DNA of 64,000 nucleotides from an uncultured Candidatus Binatia bacterium (GTDB taxonomy: Bacteria > Desulfobacterota > Binatia > HRBIN30 > CADEER01): NCBI GenBank assembly GCA_965216585.1, contig CBDCGC010000003.1:2732816-2796815 (forward strand). The letters are read 5' to 3'. Below, piece after piece: positions 18,304 to 28,326 of this stretch. The notes below the pieces were generated by a model that saw only the letters and a program-made list of their open reading frames with translations, made no database searches and had not been told where the DNA came from. Each line of letters opens with the position of its first letter. Position 1 is the first letter of the stretch. The position numbers and the translations under genes are program-made.

Positions 18304-19718
18304 GCCGCCGCCCGCACGATCTGCGTCGCCGCCCTGCAGGAGAGGGCCATGATGGTGAAAGACGGATTGATGCCGGGCGCGTCGGGGAAGACGCTCGAAT
18401 CGGCGACGTGGATGTTGTCGTAGCCGTGCAGGTGGAAATCCGGTGTCGTGACCGCGCGCTCGGCGTCGGTGCCCATGGAGCAGCCGCCCATGAGGTGCAG
18501 GCCGATGGCGATGTTTCCGACGATGATCTTCTTGGCGCCGGTGGAGGTGAAGATGTTGCGGATGGCCTCCAGACCGCGATCGCGCCGCTGGCGGTCTTCG
18601 CCGTCCAATGTCTTGTCGATGATCGGGCGACCATTGCCCGCCACCGTGATCGTCCCCGCGTGGGTGTCGCGCACGGCGACCTCGATGCAGGCCATGTGGG
18701 TGATGTCGCGCATGTCGCGCATGTGCTGCGCACCGAAAGCGGGCACCAGCATGGCGACGCCGACCGGGCCGGCGAAGACGTTCTCCAACTTGAAACCGGC
18801 CTTGCGGAAACCGGGATCGGCCGACTTGTACGACTGCAACGGCCCGCGGTGGGCGTTGATCGCTTCGTCGTAGACGGCCAGGCACATGTACTGGGGATGC
18901 GTGTAGAAGTTGTGCCCGAGCGCCGGCAGCGACCTGGCGAAGTCGGAGAGCAGGAGGAGACGAGAGTTGCCGATGGCGCCGGCGCCGAGGACGAGGCGGC
19001 GGCCGCGATAGCGGAGCTCGCTGCCGTCGGCGTTGCGACCATAGACGCTGACCTCATCGCGGCTGTGATCGATACGGCCGGCTTCGAAGTGCGAGACGAT
19101 CGTCAAGCCCGCCGCCCGGGCGCGCGGCAGTACGGTGACCGGCATGCTCTGTTTGCTGTCGATCGGACAGCCGCGCAGACACTCGATGCAGCAGTTGCCG
19201 TCTTCGTAGCGGCAATCGCGCTGCGCCCGCTCCAGCGGCGCACACTGGTAGCCGTTGTTCGCGAAGCCCTGGCGAAAAATGCGGGCGTTGCCGTTGGCGT
19301 GCTCTTCGGGAACAGTTTGAATAGACAGATTCTCGGCCGCTGCATCGTACCAGCGATCCATCTCGGCGCGGCTGAGGAAATCGACGCCCGAACGAGTGCG
19401 CCAACTGTCGAAAGCATCGTCGTCGAATCGATCCAGCAAGGCCTGGTTGACGATCGAGCCGCCGCCGACCGCCTTGGGACGGAGCAGGCCTATGCTGGCG
19501 TCCTTGGTGAGCTCGATGCCGCCGCCCCAGTAGAGCAGGCCGTTGGCGTCGAGCTCGTTGTCGGGGTAGGCGTTGCTGGCGAACGAACGCCCGGCTTCGA
19601 GCAGCACGCACTTCATTCCCGCCTGCGTCAGCGCGTTGGCGATGAACGAGCCGGAGACACCGGCACCAACGATGACGGCGTCGTAGATCGGATCGCGGGC
19701 CATGAGGCCGCGCACCAT
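18300..19718 (-). CDS. GMC-family FAD-dependent oxidoreductase
   Basis: 472 aa. N-terminal DAVIVGAGVSGSFIANALTQAGMKCVLLEAG. C-terminal HLMGGCSMG...VADSSVFPDAPGINPSFTIMAL. Confidence 0.85.
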   Translation of the reverse strand: MVRGLMARDPIYDAVIVGAGVSGSFIANALTQAGMKCVLLEAGRSFASNAYPDNELDANGLLYWGGGIELTKDASIGLLRPKAVGGGSIVNQALLDRFDDDAFDSWRTRSGVDFLSRAEMDRWYDAAAENLSIQTVPEEHANGNARIFRQGFANNGYQCAPLERAQRDCRYEDGNCCIECLRGCPIDSKQSMPVTVLPRARAAGLTIVSHFEAGRIDHSRDEVSVYGRNADGSELRYRGRRLVLGAGAIGNSRLLLLSDFARSLPALGHNFYTHPQYMCLAVYDEAINAHRGPLQSYKSADPGFRKAGFKLENVFAGPVGVAMLVPAFGAQHMRDMRDITHMACIEVAVRDTHAGTITVAGNGRPIIDKTLDGEDRQRRDRGLEAIRNIFTSTGAKKIIVGNIAIGLHLMGGCSMGTDAERAVTTPDFHLHGYDNIHVADSSVFPDAPGINPSFTIMALSCRAATQIVRAAA

Positions 19719-19788
19719 AGCTTGGAACCGCCGGCGACTCCAAGCCCGAGCCGTCGAAATCGGATGCCGGCGAGGCTAGTCTGCGAGG

Positions 19789-20583
19789 ATGATTCCGCGT
19801 GTTTTGACGATTGCCGGGTCCGACAGCAGCGGCGGCGCCGGTATCCAGGCCGACGTCAAAACGATTGCGGCGTTGGGCGGGCACGCCATGTGTGCGGTGA
19901 CCGCGGTGACGGCGCAAAACACACTCGGCGTCGAAGCGGTGGAGGTGATGCCGCCTCGCTTCGTACGCCAGCAGATCGCGGCCGTCGCCGGCGACATCGA
20001 GGTCGACGCCACGAAGACGGGAATGTTGGCAACCGCTTTGATCATCGACGAGGTTGCCGCCGCCGTTGCCGAGCTCGAGCTCGGGCCGCTGGTCGTCGAC
20101 CCGGTGCTGGTAGCCGAGAGTGGTGCGATCCTGCTGGAACCGCGGGCGCAGGCGGCGCTGATGGAAAAGATGATCCCGTTGGCGGCGGTCGTGACCCCCA
20201 ACGCCGTCGAGGCGGCGCGGCTGTTGGCAAGTGAAGTGACGGACCTCGCCGGCCAGCGACGGGCTGCACGAGCCCTCGTCGAAGCCGGAGCCGGAGCCGC
20301 CGTCGTCAAAGGCGGCCACTTGCCCGGTGCCGAGGCGATCGATGTACTCTGCGCCGGCGGCGAAACGCACGAGCTGCGCTCACCGCGTCTGCGGCGAGAC
20401 GACACACACGGCACCGGCTGCATCTTTGCCGCCGCCATCGCCTTTCACCTGGCGGCGGGCCGACCGGTTGCCGACAGCGTCGAGCGCGCCAAAACCTTCG
20501 TTGCGTCTGCGATCGAGCACGGCCTCGACATCGGCGTCGGCGCCGGCCCGGCCAATCCCTCTGCACGGCCGAAACCAAGTTGA
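19789..20583 (+). CDS. thiD: hydroxymethylpyrimidine/phosphomethylpyrimidine kinase
   Basis: 264 aa. Carries VLTIAGSDSSGGAGIQADVKT...VTAQNT and THGTGC. Confidence 0.9.
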   Translation: MIPRVLTIAGSDSSGGAGIQADVKTIAALGGHAMCAVTAVTAQNTLGVEAVEVMPPRFVRQQIAAVAGDIEVDATKTGMLATALIIDEVAAAVAELELGPLVVDPVLVAESGAILLEPRAQAALMEKMIPLAAVVTPNAVEAARLLASEVTDLAGQRRAARALVEAGAGAAVVKGGHLPGAEAIDVLCAGGETHELRSPRLRRDDTHGTGCIFAAAIAFHLAAGRPVADSVERAKTFVASAIEHGLDIGVGAGPANPSARPKPS

Positions 20584-20593
20584 TCGGAGTTGA

Positions 20594-21355
20594 TCAGCCC
20601 GTGCCGACGCGCGCGAAGAAGTCGCGAATGCGAGCGGCGTTTGCACCCATATCGCCCTTGCCGTCGCGCGACTTCGAGCGCATGTGGACGAGGGATGCAC
20701 CGCCGTCGCCGGGGCGGACCTCGATGACGAAATCGTCGGCGAAGCGGAAGAGCCACGAAGTGTCGATGCCCTCGATCTTGCGCGTGCCCGGATCGGCGAG
20801 CGTGATCTCCCACGTGTCGACCTGTTTGGCGACCTCGTAGATGCGGGCGAACGCTTCGGCCGGCGCTTCGGCCAGGCCCAGCGGCCCGATCTCTCCGTAA
20901 CCGTCGCGCTGTTGAGAGGCGAAGGACTCACCCGGATACGACATGTCGCGCCCTTCGTTCTCCTCGATACGCAACGCCTGCGAGAACTGCGGCGGGTTCT
21001 GCGTGTCGGTCGTAATGTCATTGATGCGCGGTCCGGCACCACGACTGGCGGAAAAGAAAATCGCACCGAGCACCAGCACCGCCGGGATCAAGCCACCGAG
21101 GGCGCTGCCGCGACTTTCCGGTCCGCCGCGCCAGAGAGCGATGGCGCCGCAGACCAATGCGATCAGCGCATCCAACAGTCCGACCAGCAAGACAGAGAAG
21201 CCAACCATCGGCCGGACGATCTCGAAGTGGGCAAAGAGCGGCCCGACGATGGCAGCAACGAAAGCAAAGGCGCCAAACCAAAGCGCGATCCTAGCCAGTA
21301 TCGAAGGTTTGTCGTTCACCCGGCAATTCCAAGCAAAGGACGTGAGGTGTGTCAA
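20594..21355 (-). CDS. DUF1499-type membrane-anchored protein
   Basis: Three N-terminal hydrophobic helices, then FADDFVIEVRP...VHMRSKSRDGKGDMGANAARIRDFF, which I recognise as DUF1499-like. An alternative GTG start is at 21319. Confidence 0.6.
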   Translation of the reverse strand: MTHLTSFAWNCRVNDKPSILARIALWFGAFAFVAAIVGPLFAHFEIVRPMVGFSVLLVGLLDALIALVCGAIALWRGGPESRGSALGGLIPAVLVLGAIFFSASRGAGPRINDITTDTQNPPQFSQALRIEENEGRDMSYPGESFASQQRDGYGEIGPLGLAEAPAEAFARIYEVAKQVDTWEITLADPGTRKIEGIDTSWLFRFADDFVIEVRPGDGGASLVHMRSKSRDGKGDMGANAARIRDFFARVGTG

Positions 21356-21388
21356 AGAACGTCGTTCGGTAGCACTGGACCCTCCGTT

Positions 21389-23287
21389 TCAGCCGCGCAC
21401 TTTGCGGACGTCGCCGACGCGCATGGTGAAGCCGCTGCGGTCGAAGTAGGTGAGCAGGGCAATGCTGAACTTTCGACTCGCGCCGATCAGGTCGCGCAGG
21501 GTGCGGGCGTCGATCTCGCCGTGCTGGCTGGCGTGCTGGCGGACGACGTCGCGCACTCGCTCGAGCACGGTTTCGCTGTAGACGAGCTTGGCGTCGACGC
21601 GTCGGGCGCGGCCGTCGCGCTCGAGGTGGTCGATGCAGACCTCGACCTCGTCGCTGGACAGCGACAACGTCACCGCCAGATCGCCGACGGCTGGCGGTTG
21701 GAAAGCTGCCTCGTCGAGGAGGCGCAACAACCGGTCGGCGTCTTCTCGCTCTGCGGTGCCGACCTCGACCGCGTGCCGGGGCAACCGAAGCGTGGAATCG
21801 TCGCGCACCACCACGCCGTCGCTGGCGAGGCGTGCGACGACGGCGCGAAAGATCTTGGCGGGTACACCGGCGGCGCAGCGCGAGTGCAGCGATTCCATCT
21901 CCATTCCCGGTTGCCGCGGTTGGTCTGCGTGAAACGACTCGAGAGTCTGCGCGACCTGCTCCTTGAGAGCTGACCATGCGACCGCCGTGGCATAGGCGTC
22001 GGCCTGATCGCTGTCGGGGAAACGAAAAACGCTGCTGCGCTTGGCGAGCAGACGTTGGACGTCGCGGCGGCGCAGATTGGCTGCGGCCGCCAGTGTATCG
22101 GTAGTGACGATGGGTGTGAGCTGTAGCTCGAGCAGAGTGTCGAGCTGATCTTCCGGTGCGGCGCTGCGGTGCAGCTTTTCGAGCGCTGCGAGTCGCGGAT
22201 CGCTGCGCTTGCGCGGGCGCTGGGCGAAGGGATAGAGCACGACGCCGCCGCCGATGGTGGCGCGCCCGGTTTCCTCGCGCAGGATGAAGCGGTCGCCGCC
22301 GAACGCCGCGATGGCTTGGCGCAGTGCCAGTTGAACGTAAGCGCTCTGCTTGGCCGCCAGGGCGTCGCGACCGTCGAGATAGAGGATCTTTGCCATGATT
22401 TCGGCGGTGCCGAGGTGGAGGCGGAGGTTGGCGTGCCGGCGCAACGGCTTGCCGACGGCGGGCCGCAGCTCGACGAAGGCATCGAAGCGGTCGGTGGTGC
22501 GGTCGAGGACGTCGTCGCAGACTACCTGACCGCGGCGTAGCTCAGCGGTTTCGACTCCGGCGAGGTTGAGAGCGACGCGTTGGCCGCGCTCGGCTCGCGA
22601 CACCTCGCTGCCGTGTACCTGGACACCGCGCACGCGCGCTCGTGCGGCGCCGGGGAGAATCCGCACCTGTTGTCCGCTCTGCACGCTGCCGGCACTGGCC
22701 GTTCCGGTGACGACGCTTCCGTGACCGTGCATGGTGAACGAACGGTCGACCGGCATGCGGAACAATCCGCGCGCCGGCGATTCCCGGAAGTGCTCGATTT
22801 CCTCTGCCACTGCCTGGCGCAGCTCGTCGAGCCCTTCGCCGCTGAGCGAGGACACTTCGCGCACGGCCGCCGCCTCGAGGGCGGTGCCGTCGACGAGGAT
22901 TTCGATCTCCTCGCGTACCTCGCGCCGCCGTGCCGGGTCGGCGAGGTCGACTTTGGTGATGACGACGATACCACGCCGCGTGCCGAGCAGATGGATGATG
23001 TCGAGATGTTCCTCGGTTTGCGGCATGACGCCGTCGTCGGCGGCGACGACGAGGAGTACCAGATCGATCCCGTGGGCGCCGGCCAACATGTTGCGAATGA
23101 AGCGCTCGTGCCCGGGCACGTCGACGATACCGACTCTTTGGCCCGCCATGTCGAGCCACGCGAAACCGATGTCGATCGAGATGCCGCGCTCTTTCTCTTC
23201 GCGCAGTCGATCGGTTTCGATACCGGTGAGCGCTCGGATGAGCTCGGTCTTGCCGTGGTCGATGTGGCCGGCGGTGCCGATGATCAT
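21389..23287 (-). CDS. selB: selenocysteine-specific translation elongation factor
   Basis: ATG at 23287 ([22 protein letters not shown]). Carries DVPGHERF and a long winged-helix C-terminus. 632 aa. It starts 4 nt after the selA stop. Confidence 0.9.
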   Translation of the reverse strand: MIIGTAGHIDHGKTELIRALTGIETDRLREEKERGISIDIGFAWLDMAGQRVGIVDVPGHERFIRNMLAGAHGIDLVLLVVAADDGVMPQTEEHLDIIHLLGTRRGIVVITKVDLADPARRREVREEIEILVDGTALEAAAVREVSSLSGEGLDELRQAVAEEIEHFRESPARGLFRMPVDRSFTMHGHGSVVTGTASAGSVQSGQQVRILPGAARARVRGVQVHGSEVSRAERGQRVALNLAGVETAELRRGQVVCDDVLDRTTDRFDAFVELRPAVGKPLRRHANLRLHLGTAEIMAKILYLDGRDALAAKQSAYVQLALRQAIAAFGGDRFILREETGRATIGGGVVLYPFAQRPRKRSDPRLAALEKLHRSAAPEDQLDTLLELQLTPIVTTDTLAAAANLRRRDVQRLLAKRSSVFRFPDSDQADAYATAVAWSALKEQVAQTLESFHADQPRQPGMEMESLHSRCAAGVPAKIFRAVVARLASDGVVVRDDSTLRLPRHAVEVGTAEREDADRLLRLLDEAAFQPPAVGDLAVTLSLSSDEVEVCIDHLERDGRARRVDAKLVYSETVLERVRDVVRQHASQHGEIDARTLRDLIGASRKFSIALLTYFDRSGFTMRVGDVRKVRG

Positions 23288-23291
23288 TGGA

Positions 23292-24689
23292 TCAGGTGGG
23301 GCCGGGGGCCGGCTCTTTGCCGCGCCGTGTGGGAACCAACGCCGCGGCGTCGTCGACACAGCGACAATCGAGCCACAGGCAATCGTCTTTGACACGGCCG
23401 ATGATCGGCGGCTCGCTGCGTCGAAAGTCGGCGGCGATCTCACCTGCACCGCGTTGGTCGGCGGTGATGACGACGGCGGCGCTGGCGAGGGTCGCGGTCG
23501 GCTGCGCACCGCTGCCGATCTGTGACTGGCAGCGGCGCACGCCGACGTCGTAGCCGTCGCCGAGCGCAGCGCTGATCAGACGCGCCGCTGCGCTCGCCGT
23601 TTTCTCGATCTCGCTCGCCGGTCTGGTGAGGTAGCGCAGGGTCGGCAGATCGGCGCCGGGGTCGCCGCTCGTGCGGTAGAGACGCAGCGTCGCGTCGAGC
23701 GCTGCCAGGGTCATCTTGTCGCAGCGCAGGGCCCGCTTGAGAGGATTGCTCTGCATCAGCTCGACGGCCTCGCGCTTGCCGGCGATGAGGCCGGCCTGCG
23801 GGCCGCCGAGCAGCTTGTCGCCGCTGAAGGTAACCGCGTCGGCGCCGCTGGCGACGCGCTCGGCGACGACCGGCTCGGCCGGCAGTCCGCGCTGCGAGAG
23901 ATCGAGGAGGGCGCCGCTGCCGAGATCCTCGACCACCGGCACGGCGCTGCGCCGGCCGAGCTCGACCAGCTCCGCCAGCGAGACGTCAGCGGTGAAACCC
24001 TCGATCGCGTAGTTCGACGGGTGAACTTTCAGAAGCAATCCGGTGTCGGCACCGATGGCGCCGGCGTAGTCGGAGAGGTGCGTGCGGTTGGTCGTTCCCA
24101 CCTCGCGCAGGTGCGCGCCACTGCTGGCGCAGATGTCGGGGATCCGAAACGAGCCGCCGATCTCGACCAGCTCACCGCGCGACACGACGACTTCCTTGCC
24201 GCGTGCCAGCGTGTTGAGAGCGAGCAGCACGGCGGCGGCGTTGTTGTTGACGACGGCGACCGCCTCGGCCCCGGTCAGCGGCAACAGATGGCGGGCGACG
24301 GCGTCGTCGCGCGAACCGCGCGAACCCGAATCGACGTCGTATTCGAGTGCGCACGGTGCACTGGCGACGCTCTCGATTGCGGCGACCGCCTCTGGCGCCA
24401 ACACGGCGCGACCGAGGTTGGTGTGCAATACGACGCCCGTGGCATTGACGACGCGCTGCGGTGCGCGGCGCGTTTTCTCGGTCAACCGGTGCTCGAGACG
24501 GTCGGCCAGAGCGCTGACACTGAGATCGTCGCGCGTGCACCCAGAACGCCGGATCTCCTCGAGCAACGAGCGCAGCTCGGCAACGATCATGTCGCGCGAA
24601 TGAGTGCGCAGCAACGCAGCCACCGCATCAGAGGCGAGGATATTGTCGACTGATGGAATCGTCCGCAGGTGATTCGCCGTGCCGCCCAT
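23292..24689 (-). CDS. selA: L-seryl-tRNA(Sec) selenium transferase
   Basis: 465 aa. PLP-lysine region [19 protein letters not shown]. The N-terminus has IPSVDNIL. Confidence 0.9.
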   Translation of the reverse strand: MGGTANHLRTIPSVDNILASDAVAALLRTHSRDMIVAELRSLLEEIRRSGCTRDDLSVSALADRLEHRLTEKTRRAPQRVVNATGVVLHTNLGRAVLAPEAVAAIESVASAPCALEYDVDSGSRGSRDDAVARHLLPLTGAEAVAVVNNNAAAVLLALNTLARGKEVVVSRGELVEIGGSFRIPDICASSGAHLREVGTTNRTHLSDYAGAIGADTGLLLKVHPSNYAIEGFTADVSLAELVELGRRSAVPVVEDLGSGALLDLSQRGLPAEPVVAERVASGADAVTFSGDKLLGGPQAGLIAGKREAVELMQSNPLKRALRCDKMTLAALDATLRLYRTSGDPGADLPTLRYLTRPASEIEKTASAAARLISAALGDGYDVGVRRCQSQIGSGAQPTATLASAAVVITADQRGAGEIAADFRRSEPPIIGRVKDDCLWLDCRCVDDAAALVPTRRGKEPAPGPT

Positions 24690-24937
24690 TGCAATCAGAA
24701 CGATTGGTCAATCCGCGGTGCACTGCAAGCGCCCGTGTGTCAGCGACCGAGCGCCGTCAAACCGAGCCCCGTGCCCCCGGACCTGGCGAATGTCGCAGGT
24801 GACGAAGGGAAGCGCGCGCTCTTGCCGGGTTCATCGATTGGCAGTGGCGTTGGTCTCCGGTGGCTCGGATCGTTCGCCGCAGGTTTTTGATGAAATTGGA
24901 ACGCGCTTGAAGTGATCGAGGCACTGCGTGAGGGTGG

Positions 24938-26302
24938 ATGGCAATGGGTGAGAACGAAGGTACTTCAGCCGAGACTGCGGCGCGGAGCGTCGTGGATCGC
25001 TTGCGCGGTGCCGGGTTTACGGCCCTCTACGCCGGCGGCTGTGTGCGCGATCGGCTGCTGGGGGAGGAGCCCAGCGACTACGACGTCGCCACCGATGCCG
25101 AGCCTGGCGAGGTGCGCCGCCTGTTCGAACGCACGGTGCCGGTGGGTGAGAGCTTCGGCGTCGTGCTGGTGCTGCTCGGCGAGCAGACCATCGAGGTGGC
25201 GCGGTTCCGCACCGACGAAGAGTACCGCGATGGCCGCCGGCCGGTGGGGGTTGGCGCCGCCTCGCCGCAGGACGACGCGCAGCGGCGTGATTTCACGATC
25301 AATGGCATGTTCTACGACCCGCAGGCCGGTGAAATCATCGACTACGTCGGCGGCAGGGACGATCTGGCGGCCGGCGTCGTGCGGGCGATCGGCGATGCCG
25401 GCGAACGCTTCGCCGAGGATCGCCTGCGCATGTTGCGGGCGGTGCGCTTTGCCGCGCGCCTCGGTTTCGACATCGACACGGCGACGATGGCGGCGATGCG
25501 GGAGAATGCGCCGACGCTGACGGCGATTGCCTGGGAACGCATCGGCGACGAGGTCGTGCGCATCCTTCGCGAAGGCAACGCCCGGCGCGGCTTCGAGCTG
25601 CTCGACGACAGCGGTCTGCTGGCCGTCGTGCTGCCCGAGGTTGCCGCCATGCACGGCGTCGAGCAGTCGCCCGATCACCATCCGGAGGGCGATGTGTTCG
25701 AGCACACGATGCGCCTGCTCGCCGGCCTCGACGAGCTCGAGAGGCCGAGTGAGTCGCTGGCGCTCGGCGCCTTGTTGCACGACGTGTCGAAACGCGAGTG
25801 CGCCGCACGCAAGGGCGATCGCATCACGTTCTACGGACACGCCGAAGTCGGTGAGAAACGCGCGATTGAAGTCTGCAAGAGGCTGCGGCGCAGCTCGGCG
25901 GTTTGGGAGAGGGTTGGCTACCTGGTGCGCAACCACCTGCGAACGGTTTCAGCGCGCGACATGCGGCGGTCGACCCTGCGCCGCTTTCTCTCCGAAGACG
26001 GCGTCGACGAGCTGCTCGAGCTCTGCCGGCTCGATGCGCTCGCTTCGAGCGGGGATCTCTCTTCGTACGAGTACTGCATCGAGCAGTTGGCGATGTTCGA
26101 CGCCGAACCAATCCGCCCTACACCGTTGCTGAACGGCCACGATCTGCTGGCACTGGGTTGGCAGGCCGGGCCGCGTCTCGGCGCGATCCTGAAAGCCGTC
26201 GAGGATCTTCAGCTCGAGGGCGAGATCCGCACCCGGGACGAGGCGTTGGCCTGGGTACGCGCCAACGCCGGCACCGACGACAGGCAGGAACGCTCGCCGT
26301 GA
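24938..26302 (+). CDS. cca: CCA-adding enzyme / tRNA nucleotidyltransferase with HD domain
   Basis: 454 aa. Carries YAGGCVRDRLLGEEPSDYDVAT, FRTDEEYRDGRRP and HD-domain LLHDVSK. Confidence 0.85.
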   Translation: MAMGENEGTSAETAARSVVDRLRGAGFTALYAGGCVRDRLLGEEPSDYDVATDAEPGEVRRLFERTVPVGESFGVVLVLLGEQTIEVARFRTDEEYRDGRRPVGVGAASPQDDAQRRDFTINGMFYDPQAGEIIDYVGGRDDLAAGVVRAIGDAGERFAEDRLRMLRAVRFAARLGFDIDTATMAAMRENAPTLTAIAWERIGDEVVRILREGNARRGFELLDDSGLLAVVLPEVAAMHGVEQSPDHHPEGDVFEHTMRLLAGLDELERPSESLALGALLHDVSKRECAARKGDRITFYGHAEVGEKRAIEVCKRLRRSSAVWERVGYLVRNHLRTVSARDMRRSTLRRFLSEDGVDELLELCRLDALASSGDLSSYEYCIEQLAMFDAEPIRPTPLLNGHDLLALGWQAGPRLGAILKAVEDLQLEGEIRTRDEALAWVRANAGTDDRQERSP

Positions 26303-26601
26303 ATCAGGGATTCCTCGTCGAAGTCGACGACGCGACTCTGAAGCGCGAGCGAGCCAAGGCACGCCAGTTGCGGGGGTCGACCTGGTGGCAGCGCAAGTGT
26401 TCGGCGGGGATCTGCCACTACTGCGGAGACGACGTCGGCGCCAAAGCCCTCACCATGGACCACCTCATCCCCTTGGTGCGCGGCGGCCGGTCGAACAAGG
26501 GCAACCTCGTCCCAGCATGCAAGAAGTGCAACAGCGACAAGAAACATCAGCTCGCCCACGAATGGCGAGCGGCGAAAGGAAACTCGGGTGACGGAGGCTA
26601 G
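26299..26601 (+). CDS. small HNH endonuclease
   Basis: The GTG at 26299 overlaps the cca stop (GTGA). 100 aa. Carries CHYCGDDVG...MDHLIPLVRGGRSNKGNLVPACKKCNSDK. Confidence 0.8.
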   Translation: MNQGFLVEVDDATLKRERAKARQLRGSTWWQRKCSAGICHYCGDDVGAKALTMDHLIPLVRGGRSNKGNLVPACKKCNSDKKHQLAHEWRAAKGNSGDGG

Positions 26602-26637
26602 TTGAACAGCGTCTTTCTCACAGACAGGGGGTAAACG

Positions 26638-27273
26638 ATGAAAGTGTTTGCGATGGTTTCTTCGCTGGTGTTGTTGGTTCTCGGAGGGCCGGTTCACGCC
26701 CAGCGTTTCATGCTCATGGGGGACTCGATTCAAGCGGGCACGGGTTTGTCGGACAAAACCAAGCTCGCGGCGCATCAGTTGGCGGCGAATACCAATACGG
26801 TGATCCACAATTTCTCCAGTCCGGGGGCAAGAATCAGCGATGCGGGAATTCTGGCTGGCATGACGCACGATGGGCCCTGTGTGTCTTCGGTTTACGGATT
26901 CTTTGGAATGAATGGTCTGATCGTTGCCCTCGGTTCAAACGATTGGTCCAATGACACCGATATCCAGACTTTCGTTGAGGACTATTTGAATCTGCTGGAC
27001 ACGATTCCCCCGGGTCTGCCCGTCGCTTGTATGACGCCGATCTGGCGCACTGACGAGAGCATTCCCAATGGCAGTGGTTTGACGCTGAATCACTTTCGCT
27101 ACGGGGTCGCGATTGCTTGCGCTGTTCGCGGTCATGCATGGCTCGACGGGCGCAACGCGATTCCAAACGACCCTGCATACCTTGCGGATAGTGTGCACCC
27201 GAACGAAGCTGGCCACACGGCGATGGCGACATTCCTCGAAGACGAACTGACCAACCTCGGGTGGATCCAATAG
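26638..27273 (+). CDS. secreted SGNH/GDSL hydrolase
   Basis: Signal peptide MKVFAMVSSLVLLVLGGPVHA. SGNH blocks MGDSIQAG, GSNDW and DSVHPN. G+C is markedly lower than the surroundings. Confidence 0.8.
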   Translation: MKVFAMVSSLVLLVLGGPVHAQRFMLMGDSIQAGTGLSDKTKLAAHQLAANTNTVIHNFSSPGARISDAGILAGMTHDGPCVSSVYGFFGMNGLIVALGSNDWSNDTDIQTFVEDYLNLLDTIPPGLPVACMTPIWRTDESIPNGSGLTLNHFRYGVAIACAVRGHAWLDGRNAIPNDPAYLADSVHPNEAGHTAMATFLEDELTNLGWIQ

Positions 27274-27298
27274 TTGCGGCCAAGAGATAGCGTGCCCG

Positions 27299-28207
27299 TT
27301 AGCTCTGCTGGCCGCGTCGTAGCTCGCGGTAGGAGACGAGATCGACGCCCCTCCTCGCCACTGCGGCGCGGACGCGCGGGCTGGTGAGGGCGGCGAGCTC
27401 GATGTCGCCGCGGTAGTGGGCCGGTCGCCAGCGGGTTGCCTCTTCATCGGCGACGGCTGGGTGACAGTAGATCTCCGTCGTGCCGGATTGCAGGGTCTCG
27501 ACGATGTGGAGCAGGTAGTCCTCGCTGACCTGGCCGGTCTGGTGCAGGCCGTAGATGGAATCGGCATGCGCGATCCCCTTTTCCCGGGCCCGTACGCTCG
27601 CGAGCCGGGCGAGAGCGGAGAATACGGCCGCCTCGGCAAACTTGCGGCCGGCGTCGGTGCGATCGTAGCGCAGTGCCGGCCCAACGGCCTCGCGGGTGAG
27701 GCGGATGGCGCCGATGTCGTGGCGGGTGGCGACGTCGAGGACGATCGGCAGAACGGCGGGGTGCATGTGGATGTTCAGATGGCCGTCGATGTGAGACGGG
27801 CGAACACCGGTGGCGATGAGTTTTTCGACCTGCGCCTCGACCTCCCGCCGCAATTGCTCGCGAATGCGCGGCTGGAAGTAGTAGCGGATGCCGGTGAGGA
27901 CCGGCTGATCGTCGAAGCGGCCGCTGGCGTCGACGAGATCTGGGATTTCCTCACGGCTGAGTGTGGCGTGTCCCTGGACGAGCACGAGGTGCAATCCGAC
28001 GCCGAGGCTGGGGTTCTCGGCGGCCAGCGCGGCCGCTTCATCGACTGCGGCGCCGTTCACCATCAGGCTGGTGTTGGTGAGAATTCCGTTGCGGTGGGCG
28101 TCGATGATGGCCGCGTTTACCCCCGGCGACATGCCGAAGTCGTCGGCCGAGACGATGAGCTCGAGGGCGGCTGTCACGGGTAGGCCAAGTTGGTTCGGCG
28201 GCGCCAA
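27299..28207 (-). CDS. YdjC/ChbG-family carbohydrate deacetylase (HpnK-like)
   Basis: Carries LIVSADDFGMSPGVNAAIIDAHRNGILTNTSLMV...GLHLVL. The listed start is TTG at 28207; an alternative GTG is at 28177. Confidence 0.8.
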   Translation of the reverse strand: MAPPNQLGLPVTAALELIVSADDFGMSPGVNAAIIDAHRNGILTNTSLMVNGAAVDEAAALAAENPSLGVGLHLVLVQGHATLSREEIPDLVDASGRFDDQPVLTGIRYYFQPRIREQLRREVEAQVEKLIATGVRPSHIDGHLNIHMHPAVLPIVLDVATRHDIGAIRLTREAVGPALRYDRTDAGRKFAEAAVFSALARLASVRAREKGIAHADSIYGLHQTGQVSEDYLLHIVETLQSGTTEIYCHPAVADEEATRWRPAHYRGDIELAALTSPRVRAAVARRGVDLVSYRELRRGQQS

Positions 28208-28326
28208 ACAATCGTTTGGGGCAAATGGTGGATTGACTTTCCCAAGGTGGAGTTAGACTTTGTCCAATTGCGTTGCCCGGTCAGTGTGTGGCAGCGCGTC
28301 GCTGTCTTTGCAATGGAGTTGAGCGA

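Noticed and set aside
19719-19788. TPP riboswitch upstream of thiD.
   Set aside because: Only 70 nt are available. The conserved CUGAGA / ACCUGAUCUGGAUAAUGCCAGC-type elements are not present.
24690-24937. Possible tRNA-Sec (selC) in the selA/cca divergent gap. The string GTCTCCGGTG resembles the E. coli selC D-arm.
   Set aside because: No UCA anticodon loop with a flanking stem, no T-arm (GGTTCGA-type) and no 8-bp acceptor pairing could be drawn on either strand.
26602-27298. Mobile genetic element boundaries around the low-G+C islets (also 37083-37487 and 49800-50260).
   Set aside because: No integrase, transposase, tRNA target or flanking direct or inverted repeats were found. Only the compositional anomaly is reported.
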